The notes: generated by a model from the sequence alone, not told the origin. Shown: positions 10,233 through 20,776, counted from the first letter of the stretch. The stretch: DNA of 64,000 bases from Candidatus Omnitrophota bacterium (GCA_043800555.1 JAZDMX010000023.1:9101-73100); one strand, 5' to 3'. Made by a program: numbers and translations.

Positions 10233-11002
10233 TCTTAAGGAGGATGGAGTTCCGCGAAACTTCGCTTATCGTGGACCTGTATACCCGCGATTTCGGCAAG
10301 CTAAGCGGCCTGCTTAAGGGGATCCGGGCCGAACCGAAGAAATTCGCCAGCACCGTTGAAGTATCTTCATACAATGAAGTTATATTTTACAAGAAAACGA
10401 ACACTTCCCTGCATTTAGTAAGCGCCTGCGACTTAAAAGACAATTTCTTTAATATCCGGAAAAGCATGGTCAAAGCGGGGATGATGGGGGTCATAATGGA
10501 ACTGATCGCCTTAGTCATGCAGCCGGAAGATAAAAATGAGGACGTTTTTAACCTTGCGCTGGAGTGCCTTAAGGAGCTGGAGGTTACCAGCGTTCCGGAA
10601 AAGGTCATAACGATCTTCAAAATAAAAATGCTTGCCCTTTCCGGGTTTAAGCCGCATTTCGATTCCTGCGTATCGTGCACAAGCAAGATTTTCGGGCAAT
10701 CCAAGTTCTCCTTGAGTTTGGGGGGCTTACTTTGCGAAAAATGTTTTCATAAAGACAACGCGACGCGGCAGATATTCCGGGGGACAATCGCTTCGATATT
10801 ATACATAGAAAGAAATAATTTCAAGAGCAACCTGAACCTCGGGCTTAACCCGCAGATTAAGAAAGAGCTGGAACTGGTCTTAAACGCCTTTTTGAATTTT
10901 CACCTGGAAAAAGAACTTAAGTCGCAAAAAGTGCTAAATAAACTGGCGCAACCCGCGCCAAATTCCAATGCGTATGTGGAGGGGGTAGAGGGGGAGGTGT
11001 GA
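10205..11002 (+). CDS. recO: DNA repair protein RecO
   Basis: N-terminal OB fold (AIILRRMEFRETSLIV..YTRDFGK), CxxC...GGLLCxxC zinc finger. Confidence 0.9.
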   Translation: MPIHKTEAIILRRMEFRETSLIVDLYTRDFGKLSGLLKGIRAEPKKFASTVEVSSYNEVIFYKKTNTSLHLVSACDLKDNFFNIRKSMVKAGMMGVIMELIALVMQPEDKNEDVFNLALECLKELEVTSVPEKVITIFKIKMLALSGFKPHFDSCVSCTSKIFGQSKFSLSLGGLLCEKCFHKDNATRQIFRGTIASILYIERNNFKSNLNLGLNPQIKKELELVLNAFLNFHLEKELKSQKVLNKLAQPAPNSNAYVEGVEGEV

Positions 11003-11003
11003 G

Positions 11004-11930
11004 ATGAAGATAGGGATTGTTGGGCCGGGGGCAATAGGGTGTTTATTGGCTGCTTATCTATCCAAAGCCAAAGAAGAGGTATGGGTCATTGATTATAAAA
11101 AGGAGCGGGCTGAAAACATCAACAAAACCGGGATAAGCCTGACAGGATTATCCGGAGAATGGCACTGCTCTCCCAAGGCAAGATCCGATGTAAAAGGCAT
11201 AGGGATCGCCGATTTGGCCATCCTTTGCGTTAAGTCTTACGACACAAGAGCCGCCATAGCGCATTCAAAGCCGCTAATCGGGGAAAATACTTCTGTTTTG
11301 ACCTTGCAAAACGGCATAGACAATATAGAAATAATCAGCGAGGCAATCGGAGGAAAGAACATAATCGCAGGAGTGACAAACATGGGGGCAACGCTCCTGG
11401 ATACCGGCAAAACCAAACACGCCGGTAAGGGCGAAACGATAATCGGCAGGGTAGACGGAAAAATCACCGCCGAGATGCGCTCCATCCGCGAGCTTTTTAA
11501 TAAAGTCGGCCTGGAAATGCGCATTTCCAAAGACATAAAACCCCTGCTCTGGTCAAAATTAATCATTAACTCCGGCATTAACGCCCTGACAGCCATAACA
11601 GGCCTTAAAAACGGAAGGTTGACGGAATTCGAGGGCTCCCGCCGGATCTTGCGCGAAGCAGTTACCGAAGCAACCCGCATAGTCAAAAGAAAAAGAATCA
11701 AGCTTATCTATGATGACCCGCTGGCTAAGGTCGAAGCCGTATGCGAGGCTACCGCCGAAAACACCTCTTCAATGCTGCAGGACGTCTTAGGCAAGAAACG
11801 CACGGAAATCGATTTCATAAACGGGGTGATTGTGCGGCTGGGGCAAGAATTGGGAATACCTACGCCCACAAATACAATGCTGGTAGATTTAGTTAAAACC
11901 ATTGAAGCCAGTTACAATCTATCCCTCTAA
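11004..11930 (+). CDS. panE: 2-dehydropantoate 2-reductase
   Basis: GPGAIG, CVKSYD, LQNG, WSKLIINSGIN, SSMLQDV..KRTEID. Confidence 0.92.
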   Translation: MKIGIVGPGAIGCLLAAYLSKAKEEVWVIDYKKERAENINKTGISLTGLSGEWHCSPKARSDVKGIGIADLAILCVKSYDTRAAIAHSKPLIGENTSVLTLQNGIDNIEIISEAIGGKNIIAGVTNMGATLLDTGKTKHAGKGETIIGRVDGKITAEMRSIRELFNKVGLEMRISKDIKPLLWSKLIINSGINALTAITGLKNGRLTEFEGSRRILREAVTEATRIVKRKRIKLIYDDPLAKVEAVCEATAENTSSMLQDVLGKKRTEIDFINGVIVRLGQELGIPTPTNTMLVDLVKTIEASYNLSL

Positions 11931-12005
11931 GCCGGGGAAATTCTCAAGCTGGCTAAAGAAACGCCGGCTATCAGATGAGCTTTTTTGCTGCCTGGCTTTA
12001 TTATA

Positions 12006-12968
12006 ATGAACGGCAAAAAGATAAAAAGATACCTGGCGGTAGCGATGTTGGCCGCAGGGCTTGCGTTTATTTTCTTATACACCCGCGGCCATCAAAATAA
12101 CAAGCTCTATCGCCAAGAACATTTGATAATGGGCACGTTTGTGGAGGTCATCTCGCCTGAGCCCAAAGCCGCAAAGATAGTGTTTGACGAAATGCTCCGG
12201 ATCGAAAAACTTTTAAGCAAATACGACCCGCAAAGCGAGGTAGCGAAATTAAACGCCTCCGGCTGCCTGAAGGCAAGCCCGGAAACATTTTATGCCGTAA
12301 AACGATCCCGGGAATTTTGGCAGGCTTCAGACGGGGCGTTTGACATAACCGTGGCCGCGCTTATGGACCTTTGGGGCTTTAGCAACAGGCAGTACCGGGT
12401 CCCTAAAGAAGCGGAAATCAAAAAGGCCTTAAAACTGGTCGGCTCGGATAAAATTATTTTGCAGGAATTTGATAATGTGATACAATTTAAACTTTCCGGC
12501 ATGAAGATTGACCTTGGCGCTATCGCTAAAGGTTACGCGCTTGATTGCGCGTCCAAGAAATTAAAAGAGGCAAAAATCAACAGTTGCCTGATTAATGCCG
12601 GCGGCCAAGTCTTCTGCTTGGGAGAAAGATTCAAAAAGCCCTGGGTAATAGGAGTGGCGGGGCCAAAAAATACGAAGTTAGCCGCGTATTTGGCATTAAA
12701 AGACAAGGTAGTAGCTACTTCCGGAAGCGCCGAGCAGTATTTCATAAAAGGGAAAAAACGCTACTGCCATATATTAAACCCCAAGACCGGTTATCCGGCT
12801 TATTCAGGCATAAGCTCTGTGTCGGTTGTAGCTTGCGACGGCTTGACCGCCGATGCCCTGGCTACGGCAATATTTATACTCGGCAAGGATAAAGGGGAAA
12901 AGTTAGCGCGGAAGTTTAACGGCGCGCAAGTAAAGTTTATCCAGGAAGACAATGTTCAAAATAACTAA
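12006..12968 (+). CDS. apbE: FAD:protein FMN transferase ApbE
   Basis: MGT, GAFDITV, IDLGAIAKGYA, ATSG, HILNPKTG, ADALATA. Confidence 0.92.
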   Translation: MNGKKIKRYLAVAMLAAGLAFIFLYTRGHQNNKLYRQEHLIMGTFVEVISPEPKAAKIVFDEMLRIEKLLSKYDPQSEVAKLNASGCLKASPETFYAVKRSREFWQASDGAFDITVAALMDLWGFSNRQYRVPKEAEIKKALKLVGSDKIILQEFDNVIQFKLSGMKIDLGAIAKGYALDCASKKLKEAKINSCLINAGGQVFCLGERFKKPWVIGVAGPKNTKLAAYLALKDKVVATSGSAEQYFIKGKKRYCHILNPKTGYPAYSGISSVSVVACDGLTADALATAIFILGKDKGEKLARKFNGAQVKFIQEDNVQNN

Positions 12969-13818
12969 AAAAGAGAATTTAAACAGCGAAGTCATCCGGA
13001 TAAAAGTAGAAGCTCCTTTTATCGCCCGGAAAGCCCGGGCAGGGCAATTTGCGGCAGTCGTTATCGACCAAAACGGAGAACGCATACCGCTGACTTTATC
13101 CGACTGGGACAAAGAGACTGGAGAGATAACCCTGATATTCCAGAAAACGGGTTTTAGCACCAACAGGCTGGCCGGCTTAAATCCCGGAGACAGTATAGCC
13201 CATATCCTGGGCCCGCTGGGCCAGGCCACGGAAATCCGCCCTCAGCATACGCTCCAGGCCCAAGAAGGGCGTTTGAATAATTTTGGCACGGTTTATTGCG
13301 TATCCGGAGGAGTCGGTATCGCCGAAATATACCCGGTAACCAGGGCCTTTAAGGAATCCGGCAGCCGCGTCATCGCGATAATCGGAAGCAGGAATAAAGA
13401 CTTGCTGATACTGGAAAAGGAAATCCGGGAGACCAGCGACGAATTATTCATTACCACCGATGACGGCTCTTACGGGAAAAAGGGCCTGGTCATCGACACG
13501 CTTAAAGACCTGTTCGGAGCCATAGAGAAATCTACTCATACCCAATACCCGGATTTGGTATATTGCATCGGGCCGGTCCCCATGATGCAGGCTGTCGCAA
13601 ATTTTACCAAAGAATACCTGGTGAAAACAATCGCCAGCTTAAACCCGATAATGGTCGATGCAACCGGAATGTGCGGCGCCTGCCGCTGCCACGTAGGCAA
13701 TAAGGAAGTTTTCGCCTGCGTGGATGGCCCGGATTTCGACGCGCACCTGGTGGATTTTGACGAACTGAACCGGCGCTTAAAAACTTTCGCAAAAGAAGAA
13801 AAAAGGATAAAAACGTAA
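12952..13818 (+). CDS. NfnA-like / sulfide dehydrogenase beta-like FAD/NAD-binding subunit
   Basis: ERIPLT, GPLG, GGVGIA, TDDGSYG, IGPVPMM, MVDATGMCGACRC, ACVDGPDFD. Confidence 0.88.
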   Translation: MFKITKKENLNSEVIRIKVEAPFIARKARAGQFAAVVIDQNGERIPLTLSDWDKETGEITLIFQKTGFSTNRLAGLNPGDSIAHILGPLGQATEIRPQHTLQAQEGRLNNFGTVYCVSGGVGIAEIYPVTRAFKESGSRVIAIIGSRNKDLLILEKEIRETSDELFITTDDGSYGKKGLVIDTLKDLFGAIEKSTHTQYPDLVYCIGPVPMMQAVANFTKEYLVKTIASLNPIMVDATGMCGACRCHVGNKEVFACVDGPDFDAHLVDFDELNRRLKTFAKEEKRIKT

Positions 13819-13820
13819 AA

Positions 13821-15173
13821 ATGGCCGAAGAAAACCAAACGCCGATCAATAAAATGGCAAACAATAAAATGTTCATTTATTTCTCCGAAATGATTGATAA
13901 GCCCGTCTTTGACTCCGATAAGAAGATAATCGGGGAGGCCTATGACATAATACTCAAACCCAGCGCGGTATTCCCTCAATCGGTTTACCTGGTTATCCGC
14001 AAGGGTTTCCTTAACCGTAAATACGCTACAATCGCCTGGGACGATATTAAAGAAATTGATACGCAAAACTTTGAAATTAACCTCAATATCGAAAGGGCCA
14101 AAATCCAGTTCAAAGAAAAACACGACAATAAAGACGAGCTTACCCTCCGGCGAGATATTCTCGACCAACAGGTAGTGGACACCCATAACCATAAGGTAAT
14201 CAGGATTAACGATATCCACCTGCTTTTTGTGGAACGGGCGCTTATGGTCGCCCACGTCGACATAAGCACCCGCGGGCTCATCCGCAGGCTGGGTTTTGAA
14301 AGAATCGCGGACTTTATCATAGGCGCAATTTCCAAGGATTCCGCCTACCTTAAGGAAGAGCACCTCATTTCATGGAAATACATCCAACCGCTCTCGATTA
14401 ATCCGGCAAGCATGACAATTAAGGTAAATGCCCCGGAAAAACAATTCAGCGCCATACCGGCTGCCGACCTGGGAGAGATTTTCCTGGATTTGAACATCAA
14501 GCAGCAAATAACTTTCTTCAGGTCCCTGGATATCAAAACCCGAGCAAGGGTTTTTACGAATATCGACTTTAAAACTCAAAAATCCCTGGTTGAAGACCTG
14601 GAGCCTAAACAGGTGGGGGAATTACTAAACAATATCCCTTCCGATGAAGCTACGGATTTCCTGGAAAAACTTCCCAAATACATGACCGAGCATATTTTGA
14701 CCCTTATTGAAAGCAAGTACGCCAAAAAATTATCCCAGTTATTAGGCTACTCCAGCGATTCCGCCGGAGGGCTGATGACGGCCGAATACACGGTCTTTAC
14801 CAAAAATACCCCGGTTGAATCCGCGCTCAAACAAATCAAAGAGCGCACCTATAAGGCCGAGCCTACGCAATACGTTTACATCGTCGATGAGAATAACCGC
14901 CTCCTGGGAACGACTAATTTCCGCAGGCTGATACTGGCTGACCCCCAAGAAACGATCCAGAACGTCGCCTTTCCCAAAACCTATTTCGTGCATTTAGATT
15001 CAAGCGTAAAAGAAGTGGCTTACCTTATGGAAAAATATAAATATTACACCATCCCGGTAGTCGATGAGAACCACGCGCTGCAGGGGATAATAACGGTGGA
15101 TGATATATTAAGCCAACTAATCGCTTTTGCCTGGAGAAGGCTTAAAAAAATCAAGATATTTTCCAAGGAATAA
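13821..15173 (+). CDS. PRC-barrel/MgtE-N/CBS domain protein (soluble, no MgtE TM domain)
   Basis: RRDILDQQVVD, DSAGGLMT, YVYIVDE, IPVVDE..LQGIITVDD; no long hydrophobic C-terminus. Confidence 0.8.
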   Translation: MAEENQTPINKMANNKMFIYFSEMIDKPVFDSDKKIIGEAYDIILKPSAVFPQSVYLVIRKGFLNRKYATIAWDDIKEIDTQNFEINLNIERAKIQFKEKHDNKDELTLRRDILDQQVVDTHNHKVIRINDIHLLFVERALMVAHVDISTRGLIRRLGFERIADFIIGAISKDSAYLKEEHLISWKYIQPLSINPASMTIKVNAPEKQFSAIPAADLGEIFLDLNIKQQITFFRSLDIKTRARVFTNIDFKTQKSLVEDLEPKQVGELLNNIPSDEATDFLEKLPKYMTEHILTLIESKYAKKLSQLLGYSSDSAGGLMTAEYTVFTKNTPVESALKQIKERTYKAEPTQYVYIVDENNRLLGTTNFRRLILADPQETIQNVAFPKTYFVHLDSSVKEVAYLMEKYKYYTIPVVDENHALQGIITVDDILSQLIAFAWRRLKKIKIFSKE

Positions 15174-15182
15174 CCTTTTATA

Positions 15183-16412
15183 ATGAAAAACGCCTGGAGA
15201 AAAATAATCATATTCCTGTCGGTTATGGGCCCGGGGATCATTACGGCTAACGTCGATAACGATGCCGGCGGCATTACCACTTACTCGGTTGCGGGCGCGC
15301 ATTTCGGCTATTCCCTGGTCTGGTCTTTTGTCCCCATCATCATCGCTTTAGTCATAATCCAGGAGATGTGCTCGCGCATGGCGGTGGTAACCGGCAAAGG
15401 GCTGGCGGATTTAATCCGCGAAGAATTCGGCGTAAGGGTAACTTTTTACGCCATGGCAGTCCTGATACTATCAAACATCTTTAATACCATTTCCGAATTT
15501 GCCGGCATAGCCGCCAGCGCGGAATTATTCGGGATAAGCAAATACATCCTTGTCCCGCTGTGCGCGCTGTTTGTCTGGTGGCTCATCGTAAAGGGCACCT
15601 ATAAATCCGTGGAGAAAGTATTCCTGCTGGCTTGTTTATTCTATGTTTCCTATATTATCTCCGGGTTTTTGTCCAAGCCGGACTGGAACGCGGTAGTAAA
15701 TAACTCCATCAAGCCGGCCATTCATTTCGACAAAGCTTACCTGCTTATGCTTATAGGGGTAATCGGCACGACAATCGCGCCCTGGATGCAATTTTACCAA
15801 CAGTCATCGGTGGTAGAAAAAGACATAAAGATGGAAAACTATAAATACAGCCGGCTGGATGTCGTCATCGGGTCTTTTATAGTCAATATAATCGCGGTTT
15901 TTATCGTGATTGTCTGCGCCAACACGCTTTTTGCGCACGGCATAAGGATTGAAACCGCCAAAGACGCGGCGCTTGCCCTTAAGCCGCTGGCCGGGCAATA
16001 CTGCTTCTACCTTTTTGCCTTCGGGCTGCTTAACGCCTCGGTATTCTCGGCGTGCATACTGCCCTTATCAACCGCCTATTCGGTATGCGAAGGCATGGGC
16101 TGGGAAGTGGGGGTAAACCGCCGGTTTAAAGAAGCGCCTCAATTCTATAGCCTCTACACAGCCATTATCATTATCGGGGCAGCCATAATACTTTTACCGA
16201 ACGTAAAGCTCATCCCGATCATGCTTATATCGCAGGCGACTAACGGGATATTGCTTCCTTTTGTCCTGATATTCATGCTGATGCTGGTAAACAATAAAAG
16301 GCTTATGGGCAAATACACAAACTCGCGTATTTATAATTTAATAAGCATAACCGTCATCCTCGCCATGGTCGGGCTTTCTACGGCCTTATTGATAACCGCT
16401 TTCATGAATTAA
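15183..16412 (+). CDS. NRAMP-family divalent metal transporter (NrmT/Mg2+-type)
   Basis: MGPGIITANVDNDAGGITTYS, GTTIAPW; many TM helices. Confidence 0.88.
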   Translation: MKNAWRKIIIFLSVMGPGIITANVDNDAGGITTYSVAGAHFGYSLVWSFVPIIIALVIIQEMCSRMAVVTGKGLADLIREEFGVRVTFYAMAVLILSNIFNTISEFAGIAASAELFGISKYILVPLCALFVWWLIVKGTYKSVEKVFLLACLFYVSYIISGFLSKPDWNAVVNNSIKPAIHFDKAYLLMLIGVIGTTIAPWMQFYQQSSVVEKDIKMENYKYSRLDVVIGSFIVNIIAVFIVIVCANTLFAHGIRIETAKDAALALKPLAGQYCFYLFAFGLLNASVFSACILPLSTAYSVCEGMGWEVGVNRRFKEAPQFYSLYTAIIIIGAAIILLPNVKLIPIMLISQATNGILLPFVLIFMLMLVNNKRLMGKYTNSRIYNLISITVILAMVGLSTALLITAFMN

Positions 16413-16413
16413 T

Positions 16414-17784
16414 ATGCGCAATAAAATACCTCAACAGAACCCTAAAGAACGCGTTAATAATTTCCTGGAAGTAGCTTTGGGTTTTTCCAGGATTGAGGCT
16501 GAAAAAGAAGCTTCTCGCTGCCTCCAGTGCCAGGAGCCTGCCTGCCTGAAAGGCTGCCCTGTCGGGATAGACATCCCGGGGTTCATAAAGTTGATCAAAG
16601 AAGGCAAACAAAAAAACGCTTTGGATAAAATCAAGGAAAGAAACAACCTCCCGGCGGTCTGCGGCCGCGTCTGCCCGCAAGAGAACCAATGCGAAGCAGC
16701 CTGCATCCTGAATAAGAAAAACGCGCCTATAAACATAGGGGCGCTGGAAAGATACGCCTCGGATTGCCAAACCGATTGCACCGGCCGGTTGCCCATAACG
16801 CCGGCGCTGGAAAAAATAGCGGTGGTCGGTTCCGGGCCTGCCGGCTTGACCTGCGCAGCCGATTTAGCCAAGCTCGGTTTTAAAGTTGCCTTATTCGAGT
16901 CTTTACATATTCCGGGAGGCGTTTTGGTTTACGGTATCCCGGAATTCAGGCTCCCCAAAAAAATAGTGCAAAATGAAGTGGATTACATAAAGGGGCTGGG
17001 GGTGGATATCCGAATTGACACGCTTATCGGCAATACTTTCAGCCTCGAGGACTTACGCCAAGAAGGCTTCAAGGCAATTTTTCTGGCGACAGGGGCCGGA
17101 TTACCGCAGTTCTTAGGCATTGAAGGGGAAAACCTCCCGGGGGTATATTCCGCTAATGAATTCCTGACCCGGCTAAACTTAATGAAAGCTTATAAATTTC
17201 CCGAATACGCCACCCCTTTAAATATCGGCGAGAAGACAGCGGTCATTGGCGGCGGTAACGTCGCCCTGGACTGCTCAAGAGCCGCCTTAAGGTTAGCCAG
17301 CCGGGTAAAAATTGTTTACCGCAGGGGCCAAAATGAAATGCCCGGCCGCCGGGAAGAAGTGGAAAACGCCAAAGAAGAAGGCGTAGAATTTCACCTGCTG
17401 ACGCAACCGGTTAAAGTTCTCGCTAATGGAGACGGGTCTGTTAAAGGCCTGGAATGCATTAAAATGGAATTGGGAGAGCCTGAGGCGACCGGAAGAAGAA
17501 GGCCGGTTCCGCTGAAAGATTCGGCCTTTTTCCTGGAGGCCGATACGGTTATCATAGCTATAGGCCAAAACCCAAACCCCCTTTTGCCTAAAGCAACCCA
17601 GGGGCTAGTAACAAATAACGATGGGACAATCAAGGTGGATGACAATTTCATGACATCCCTACCGGGCGTATTTGCCGGCGGAGACATCATAAGCGGCGCC
17701 GACACGGTAATCTCGGCAATGGGCGCCGGAAAGAAAGCGGCCCTGGCGATAGAAAAATACATAAAGGATAAAAATGGAAAATAA
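16414..17784 (+). CDS. NfnB-like / GltD-like NADPH-dependent oxidoreductase
   Basis: EASRCLQC..P.C..GCPV, CGRVCPQENQCE, GSGPAGL, YGIPEFRLPK, GGGNVALD. Confidence 0.9.
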   Translation: MRNKIPQQNPKERVNNFLEVALGFSRIEAEKEASRCLQCQEPACLKGCPVGIDIPGFIKLIKEGKQKNALDKIKERNNLPAVCGRVCPQENQCEAACILNKKNAPINIGALERYASDCQTDCTGRLPITPALEKIAVVGSGPAGLTCAADLAKLGFKVALFESLHIPGGVLVYGIPEFRLPKKIVQNEVDYIKGLGVDIRIDTLIGNTFSLEDLRQEGFKAIFLATGAGLPQFLGIEGENLPGVYSANEFLTRLNLMKAYKFPEYATPLNIGEKTAVIGGGNVALDCSRAALRLASRVKIVYRRGQNEMPGRREEVENAKEEGVEFHLLTQPVKVLANGDGSVKGLECIKMELGEPEATGRRRPVPLKDSAFFLEADTVIIAIGQNPNPLLPKATQGLVTNNDGTIKVDDNFMTSLPGVFAGGDIISGADTVISAMGAGKKAALAIEKYIKDKNGK

Positions 17785-18601
17785 AACCGGAGTTAAAGAT
17801 ATCCTTTCCCTGAAAAACAAACGCAAAATAACAATGCTTACCGCTTACGACTACCCGATAGCCGAACTAGTGGATAAAGCGGGCATCGATATGATTTTAG
17901 TAGGCGACTCTTTGGCAAATGTGGTATTGGGGCTTGACTCAACCACTAAAATAGGGATGGCGGAAATGCTCCACCACGCAAAAGCCGTGAAGCGCGCGGT
18001 AAAACAGGCGCTGGTTATCGCAGATATGCCTTATGAATCCTACCAGGTCAATACGCAAGAATCCGTAAAAAACGCAAAGAGGTTTATCGACGAAGCCGGT
18101 TGCGACGCGATAAAGCTGGAATGGTTTGATAAATGCCCCGCGGTCACCGAAGAAATTGTAAAATCCGGGATACCGGTAATGGGGCATATCGGGCTTACCC
18201 CTCAAACCGCGGATAAGTTAGGCGGTTTTAAGGTCCAGGGCAAGGACGCCAACGCTGCCCGCAAACTGATAGAAGAGGCGCAAATACTGGAGGGCTTGGG
18301 CTGCTTTTCGATCGTCCTGGAATGCGTCCCGGATAAATTAGCCGAAATTATTACTAAAAAAGTAAAAATACCGACCATAGGGATAGGGGCCGGCATAAAT
18401 TGCGACGGGCAAGTGCTGGTCATCAATGACATGCTCGGGCTCTTTGAACGCTACACTCCGAAATTCGTTAAAAAATATTTAAACCTTTCTACGTTGGTCC
18501 TTAAGGCCGTCCAAGATTATAAAAACGAGGTGCTCGAAGGAAAATTTCCCGCCAGAGAGCATTCTTTCAGCATCAAAGAAGAGGAATTGAAAAAAATATG
18601 A
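17774..18601 (+). CDS. panB: 3-methyl-2-oxobutanoate hydroxymethyltransferase
   Basis: MLTAYDY, LVGDSL, GHIGLTPQ, IGIGAG..CDGQVLV. Confidence 0.96.
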   Translation: MENKTGVKDILSLKNKRKITMLTAYDYPIAELVDKAGIDMILVGDSLANVVLGLDSTTKIGMAEMLHHAKAVKRAVKQALVIADMPYESYQVNTQESVKNAKRFIDEAGCDAIKLEWFDKCPAVTEEIVKSGIPVMGHIGLTPQTADKLGGFKVQGKDANAARKLIEEAQILEGLGCFSIVLECVPDKLAEIITKKVKIPTIGIGAGINCDGQVLVINDMLGLFERYTPKFVKKYLNLSTLVLKAVQDYKNEVLEGKFPAREHSFSIKEEELKKI

Positions 18602-19311
18602 AGAAAAAAACCGTAAAGTTGTTTACGCCCATACTTTTGTTTTGCATAGCAATAGCTTTTGTGGTAAAATTCGGCCTCCCGCAGCTCTTACGCGCCTATA
18701 TAACAACCGGTATCGGCAGCTGCTCGGCCATCCCGATTTTATGCCTGCAGCCACAGGGTGCGACGGAAGCTTTTACGGTAGATAAGGCTTATATTCAAGA
18801 ACTCATTCCTTACGAATTCCCCAAAACAAAGCTGCTGGCGCCCAAGGGATTTAAAGTCGTCCAAGAGCTGATAGCCAAGCCCTATTACAAAAGGAAAAAA
18901 CCAAACAGCGCAGAACCCGTAATTTACGTGCTGCACGAACCGCCGGAATTCTTCATCAAGCTTTTCCCCCAGGTAAAAAACGCGGGGGTCAGGAATAACT
19001 ACGACTTTATGCGCCGCCTGATGCACGCGAATGAATCCGGCATAAATAGCGTAGATGAAGCTTTTTTTGTAATCCTGAAAAGCATTTTCACCCCGGATTT
19101 AGGGAACCAGCAAACGGTAAAAATGATCCAGTTTAAACTGGATGGCCGTAATTATTTCATAAACTACAATCTGGCCGGGCCCGCATACTTCTTTGACTGC
19201 ACAATACTGACAGAAGAAGGGGATTTCTTTAAGGTCTATATAAAAGACAGGTTGAAACAATTGGATTTAAACAAAGTAGTTTCGATTATATCTACAATTT
19301 GCCCTGCTTAG
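18598..19311 (+). CDS. Hypothetical membrane-anchored protein
   Basis: 237-aa ORF with N-terminal hydrophobic segment; ATGA-coupled to panB. Confidence 0.6.
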   Translation: MKKKTVKLFTPILLFCIAIAFVVKFGLPQLLRAYITTGIGSCSAIPILCLQPQGATEAFTVDKAYIQELIPYEFPKTKLLAPKGFKVVQELIAKPYYKRKKPNSAEPVIYVLHEPPEFFIKLFPQVKNAGVRNNYDFMRRLMHANESGINSVDEAFFVILKSIFTPDLGNQQTVKMIQFKLDGRNYFINYNLAGPAYFFDCTILTEEGDFFKVYIKDRLKQLDLNKVVSIISTICPA

Positions 19312-19474
19312 GGAAAGCGGCCATTTTTTCATACGCTACCGGCTAAAAGAACGAATAACCCGGCGCCCCTAAAGTAATTTGCTTGATTTTTGCATCAAAC
19401 TGTGCTAAAAATAAAAGTCTTGTGGGCCCGTTAGGAAATAAATCCTGGCGGGGTAGGCAGGAGTTTCTGGCGAA

Positions 19475-20776
19475 ATGAGCGAAAACCTGATGGAAAAGAT
19501 AGTTTCCCTTTGCAAGCGCAGAGGTTTTATATTCCAGTCTTCGGATATCTACGGAGGCTTGAGCAATACCTGGGATTACGGCCCGTTCGGCGTGGAGCTT
19601 AAGAATAACCTTAAACGCGCCTGGTGGAAAGCCAATGTTTACGAGCGTAACGATATCTTCGGGATGGACGCGGCTATCCTTATGCATCCTAAAACATGGG
19701 AGGCTTCGGGGCACGTTCATAACTTTTTCGATTTAAAAAGCGATTGCAAGGGCTGCAAGAAGCGTTTTAAAAGCGAGGACCTTAAAGATAAAACCAAATG
19801 CCCCGAGTGCGGGGGAACGCTTACCGAGGCCAGGCCCTTTAACCTGATGTTCAAAACCTACCAGGGCCCGGTGGAAGAAAGCGGCAATGAAATATATATG
19901 CGGCCTGAAACAGCCCAGGGGATGTTCGTAAATTTCCCCAATATCCTGGACTCCAAACACCCTAAGCTGCCTTTTGGCCTGGCGCAGATCGGAAAATCTT
20001 TCCGCAATGAAATCACTCCGGGAAATTTTACTTTTCGCACCCGCGAATTCGAACAGATGGAAATTGAGTACTTCGTCCGGCCTCCTGAGGCAGACAGGGC
20101 GCTTGAGGAATGGATTAAATACCGCTTTGACTGGTACTTAAACCTTGGGTTAAAAAAGGATAACCTAAGGCAGCGGCAGCACGGCAAAGATGAACTGGCG
20201 CATTACGCGCACGCCTGCACCGATGTTGAGTATAATTTTCCCTTTGGATGGAGCGAACTGGAGGGCATTGCCAACCGGGCTGATTTTGATTTGAAGCAAC
20301 ATGCTCAATACAGTGGCAAAGACCTGCGGTATTTTGATGACGCGGCAAAAGAAAGATTTTACCCCTATATAATCGAGCCTTCAGGCGGAGTTGACCGGGC
20401 GGTATTGGCGTTTTTGGTGGATGCCTATCACGAAGAAAAAGTCAGAGAAGACATCCGCGTTGTTTTAAAAATCCACAAAGACCTTGCCCCCACAAAAGTG
20501 GCAGTGTTGCCGCTTTTAAGGAACAGGCCGGAGATAGTGGAGTTGGCCAGGAAAATAGCCCAGGAGCTGAAGAAAACTATTGTTACGGTTTATGATGACA
20601 CCGGGGCAATCGGTAAGCTTTACAGAAGGCAGGATGAAGTAGGGACGCTTTTTTGCGTTACGGTTGACGTGCAGAGCCTGGAGGATAAACTCGTTACTGT
20701 GCGCGAGCGCGACACTATGCAACAGGAGAGGATCCCGGCAGAGAAATTAAAAGAATATCTAACCAATAAAACCTGA
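19475..20776 (+). CDS. glyQS: Glycine--tRNA ligase (homodimeric type)
   Basis: SLCKRRGF, WDYGPFG, RPETAQG, FRTREFEQME, ELEGIANR, IEPSGG. Confidence 0.95.
   Translation: MSENLMEKIVSLCKRRGFIFQSSDIYGGLSNTWDYGPFGVELKNNLKRAWWKANVYERNDIFGMDAAILMHPKTWEASGHVHNFFDLKSDCKGCKKRFKSEDLKDKTKCPECGGTLTEARPFNLMFKTYQGPVEESGNEIYMRPETAQGMFVNFPNILDSKHPKLPFGLAQIGKSFRNEITPGNFTFRTREFEQMEIEYFVRPPEADRALEEWIKYRFDWYLNLGLKKDNLRQRQHGKDELAHYAHACTDVEYNFPFGWSELEGIANRADFDLKQHAQYSGKDLRYFDDAAKERFYPYIIEPSGGVDRAVLAFLVDAYHEEKVREDIRVVLKIHKDLAPTKVAVLPLLRNRPEIVELARKIAQELKKTIVTVYDDTGAIGKLYRRQDEVGTLFCVTVDVQSLEDKLVTVRERDTMQQERIPAEKLKEYLTNKT

Noticed and set aside
19311-19474. T-box or glycine riboswitch upstream of glyQS
   Set aside because: The leader is short and has only a modest hairpin; no T-box (TGGNACC) or terminator is visible.
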